From assembly GCA_030390025.1 (NCBI GenBank), contig CM059431.1, positions 128,218,001-128,282,000 of the forward strand: 64,000 nucleotides of DNA. The letters are read 5' to 3'. This DNA is from Squalus acanthias (lineage: Eukaryota). A program made the translations under genes and the position numbers. Shown one piece after another: positions 62,255-64,000 of the stretch. How positions within the stretch are numbered: position 1 is the first letter of the stretch; every line of letters starts with the position of its first letter. The notes below the pieces were generated by a model, which saw only the letters and a list, made by a program, of their open reading frames with translations, made no database searches and had not been told where the DNA came from.

Positions 62255-63860
62255 GTGGAAAATTACAAATGTCACTCCATTATTTCAGAACAGACTGATC
62301 AAAGAGAATCAGAATGGACTTATGAAGGATAGGTCATGTCTGACAAATCTAGTTGAATTTTTTGAGGAGGTCACTAGCATAGTGGATAGCGGAATGTCTA
62401 TGGATGTTGTCTATATGAACATTCAGAAGGCATTTGATAAGGTTCCGTACAAGTCACTATTAGTAAAATTGACAGTGTAGGGAATCGGAGATAACCATGT
62501 GACATGGGTAAGTAATTGGTTGGGAGGTAGGAGACAGAGGGGTGCAAATATCGTCTGGACGCAAATATTAGCGCCTGGCGCTAATTATCGGCACTGACTG
62601 GAAACTTCACTTTTACCGCCCCGGGAGGTGAGTGGAGCGCTAAAGCAGGCGCTGCACACCTGTCTTAAGGCGCAAAGGCCAAGGAGTGAGGCGCTACCTC
62701 AGAGCGCTGGCGAAGCTCATGTAATGTCAGTCAGCAATGGAATACACACACAATGGCACGGGCCAGTTCTTAAAGGGGATGGTTAATCTTGCTTTCCATC
62801 CACATCCTGTTCATTGCAGCCTTGAATCTCGGCCTGGAGAGACTTGCACATCAAATGTGCTGGAAAGAACAATGGAGAGTACCAGGCAAAGAGCTCAGAG
62901 TGCAGCTCCCACAGTCTCTGCTAAATCGATACAAGGAATGGCAACTCAAAATGAACCTGCAAAGTGCTGCTCAGTACCCAAAACTCCTTCACACAACGTT
63001 GAATCTCTCCAGAAGTCTCTCCCTCTCTCTCTCAGAATGCGTAGTTCAAAAATGCCACCAACAATAAAAGGCAGGAAGAGGCCCCCTTTAAATAGCGCCC
63101 CCCCCCAGCCCCACAGCGATTGATAGCATTCCAGTCTTCTGGTCGTTGGATGTGCCAGGCGGTAAGGCAGGGGGCGCCACTCAATTTCCGCTCCGGGGCG
63201 CCACAAGGGCGTTGCACCATGGAATGACGTCACAATCTGCGCGCGCAGGTGGTCGCAGCGGTAAAGTTTAGCACCGCCGCACAATCTCTAGTTAAGTTCC
63301 CGAGCGGCGCAAACATCGCTGCGCCCGGGCGTTAGCGGCTTTGCGCCCCATTAGCGCCCTCTTAAGGCGCTAACGGGAGGCGCAACCAACTGAATTTTTA
63401 CCCCAGAGAGTATTGTACAGAGCCTTGGTCAGACTTCATCTGGAGTACTGCGCTCAGTTTTGGGCACCAAACCTCAGGAACTGTATATTGGCCTTGAAGT
63501 GGGTGTAGTGCAGATTCATCAGAATGATACCAAGGCTTAAAGGGTTAAATTATGACAGGTTGCATAAACTTGGCTTACATTCCCTGAGCTTAGAAGTTTG
63601 CGGGGTGATGTAATCAAGGTATTTAAAATGATGAAGGGATTCAATAATGTAGATACAGAGAAGCTATTTCCTCTGGTGGGGAATCCAGAACAAGATGGCA
63701 TAATCTTAAAATTAGAACTGGGCCATTTAGGAGTGAAATCAGCAAACACTGTTTCACACAAAGGGTAATGGAAATCTGAAACCCACTGCCCCAAAAAGCT
63801 GTGGATGCTGGGTCAATTGAAATTTTCTAGACTGGCATCAAGGGATTTTTGTTAGGTTTG
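62255..63860 (+). mobile_element. Decayed CR1 fragments split by a MITE
   Basis: SCLTNLVEFFEEVT..VYMNIQKAFDKVP before the MITE, and CTGGAGTACTGCGCTCAGTTTTGG after it. Confidence 0.75.
62539..63404. mobile_element. Harbinger-like MITE
   Basis: TIR GGGGTGCAAATATC / GAATTTTTACCCC with AGA duplicated. Clustered TTAGCGCC/GGCGCTAA subterminal motifs. Confidence 0.75.
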
Positions 63861-63863
63861 TTA

Positions 63864-64000
63864 GGGCAACACGGTGGCATAGTGGTTAGCACTGGTGCCT
63901 CACAGCGCCAGGGACCCGGGTTCGAATCTGACCTCGGGTGACTGTCTGTGTGGAGTTTGCACATTCTCCCCGTGTCTGCGTGGGTTTCCTCCGGGTGCTC
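63864..64000 (+). mobile_element. HE1-like V-SINE, runs off the window end
   Basis: Near-identical to 57144-57280. Confidence 0.9.

Noticed and set aside
1..64000. Prokaryotic systems (CRISPR, retron, operons)
   Set aside because: There are no repeat-spacer arrays or gene-dense structure. All RT fragments are of vertebrate non-LTR type.

Overview
Eukaryotic, repeat-dominated intronic or intergenic DNA, most likely from a cartilaginous fish (shark). That is inferred from the HE1/V-type and Deu-type SINEs and the CR1 and Penelope families present. No intact host gene is visible; most ORFs in the track are decayed retrotransposon or transposon frames, or their antisense shadows. Contents: about a dozen CR1 LINE fragments (one near full length), four copies of a separate ORF1-less APE+RT LINE, three TSD-flanked inverted Penelope-like insertions with hammerhead ribozyme cores, many PIF/Harbinger elements and MITEs, a Tx1 fragment, an L2 fragment, SINEs, a 1.66 kb solo LTR, one candidate acidic exon with an in-frame TGA, and AT/TAAT-rich enhancer-like blocks. 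The most striking observation concerns the 3.3 kb ORF1-less LINE. In both full-length copies it starts with a tRNA-like A-box/B-box head, and its sense strand is almost free of TTTT Pol III terminators (one run across three copies, counted by eye). This suggests a protein-coding LINE transcribed end to end by RNA polymerase III. All coordinates were read by eye and fragment ends are approximate.
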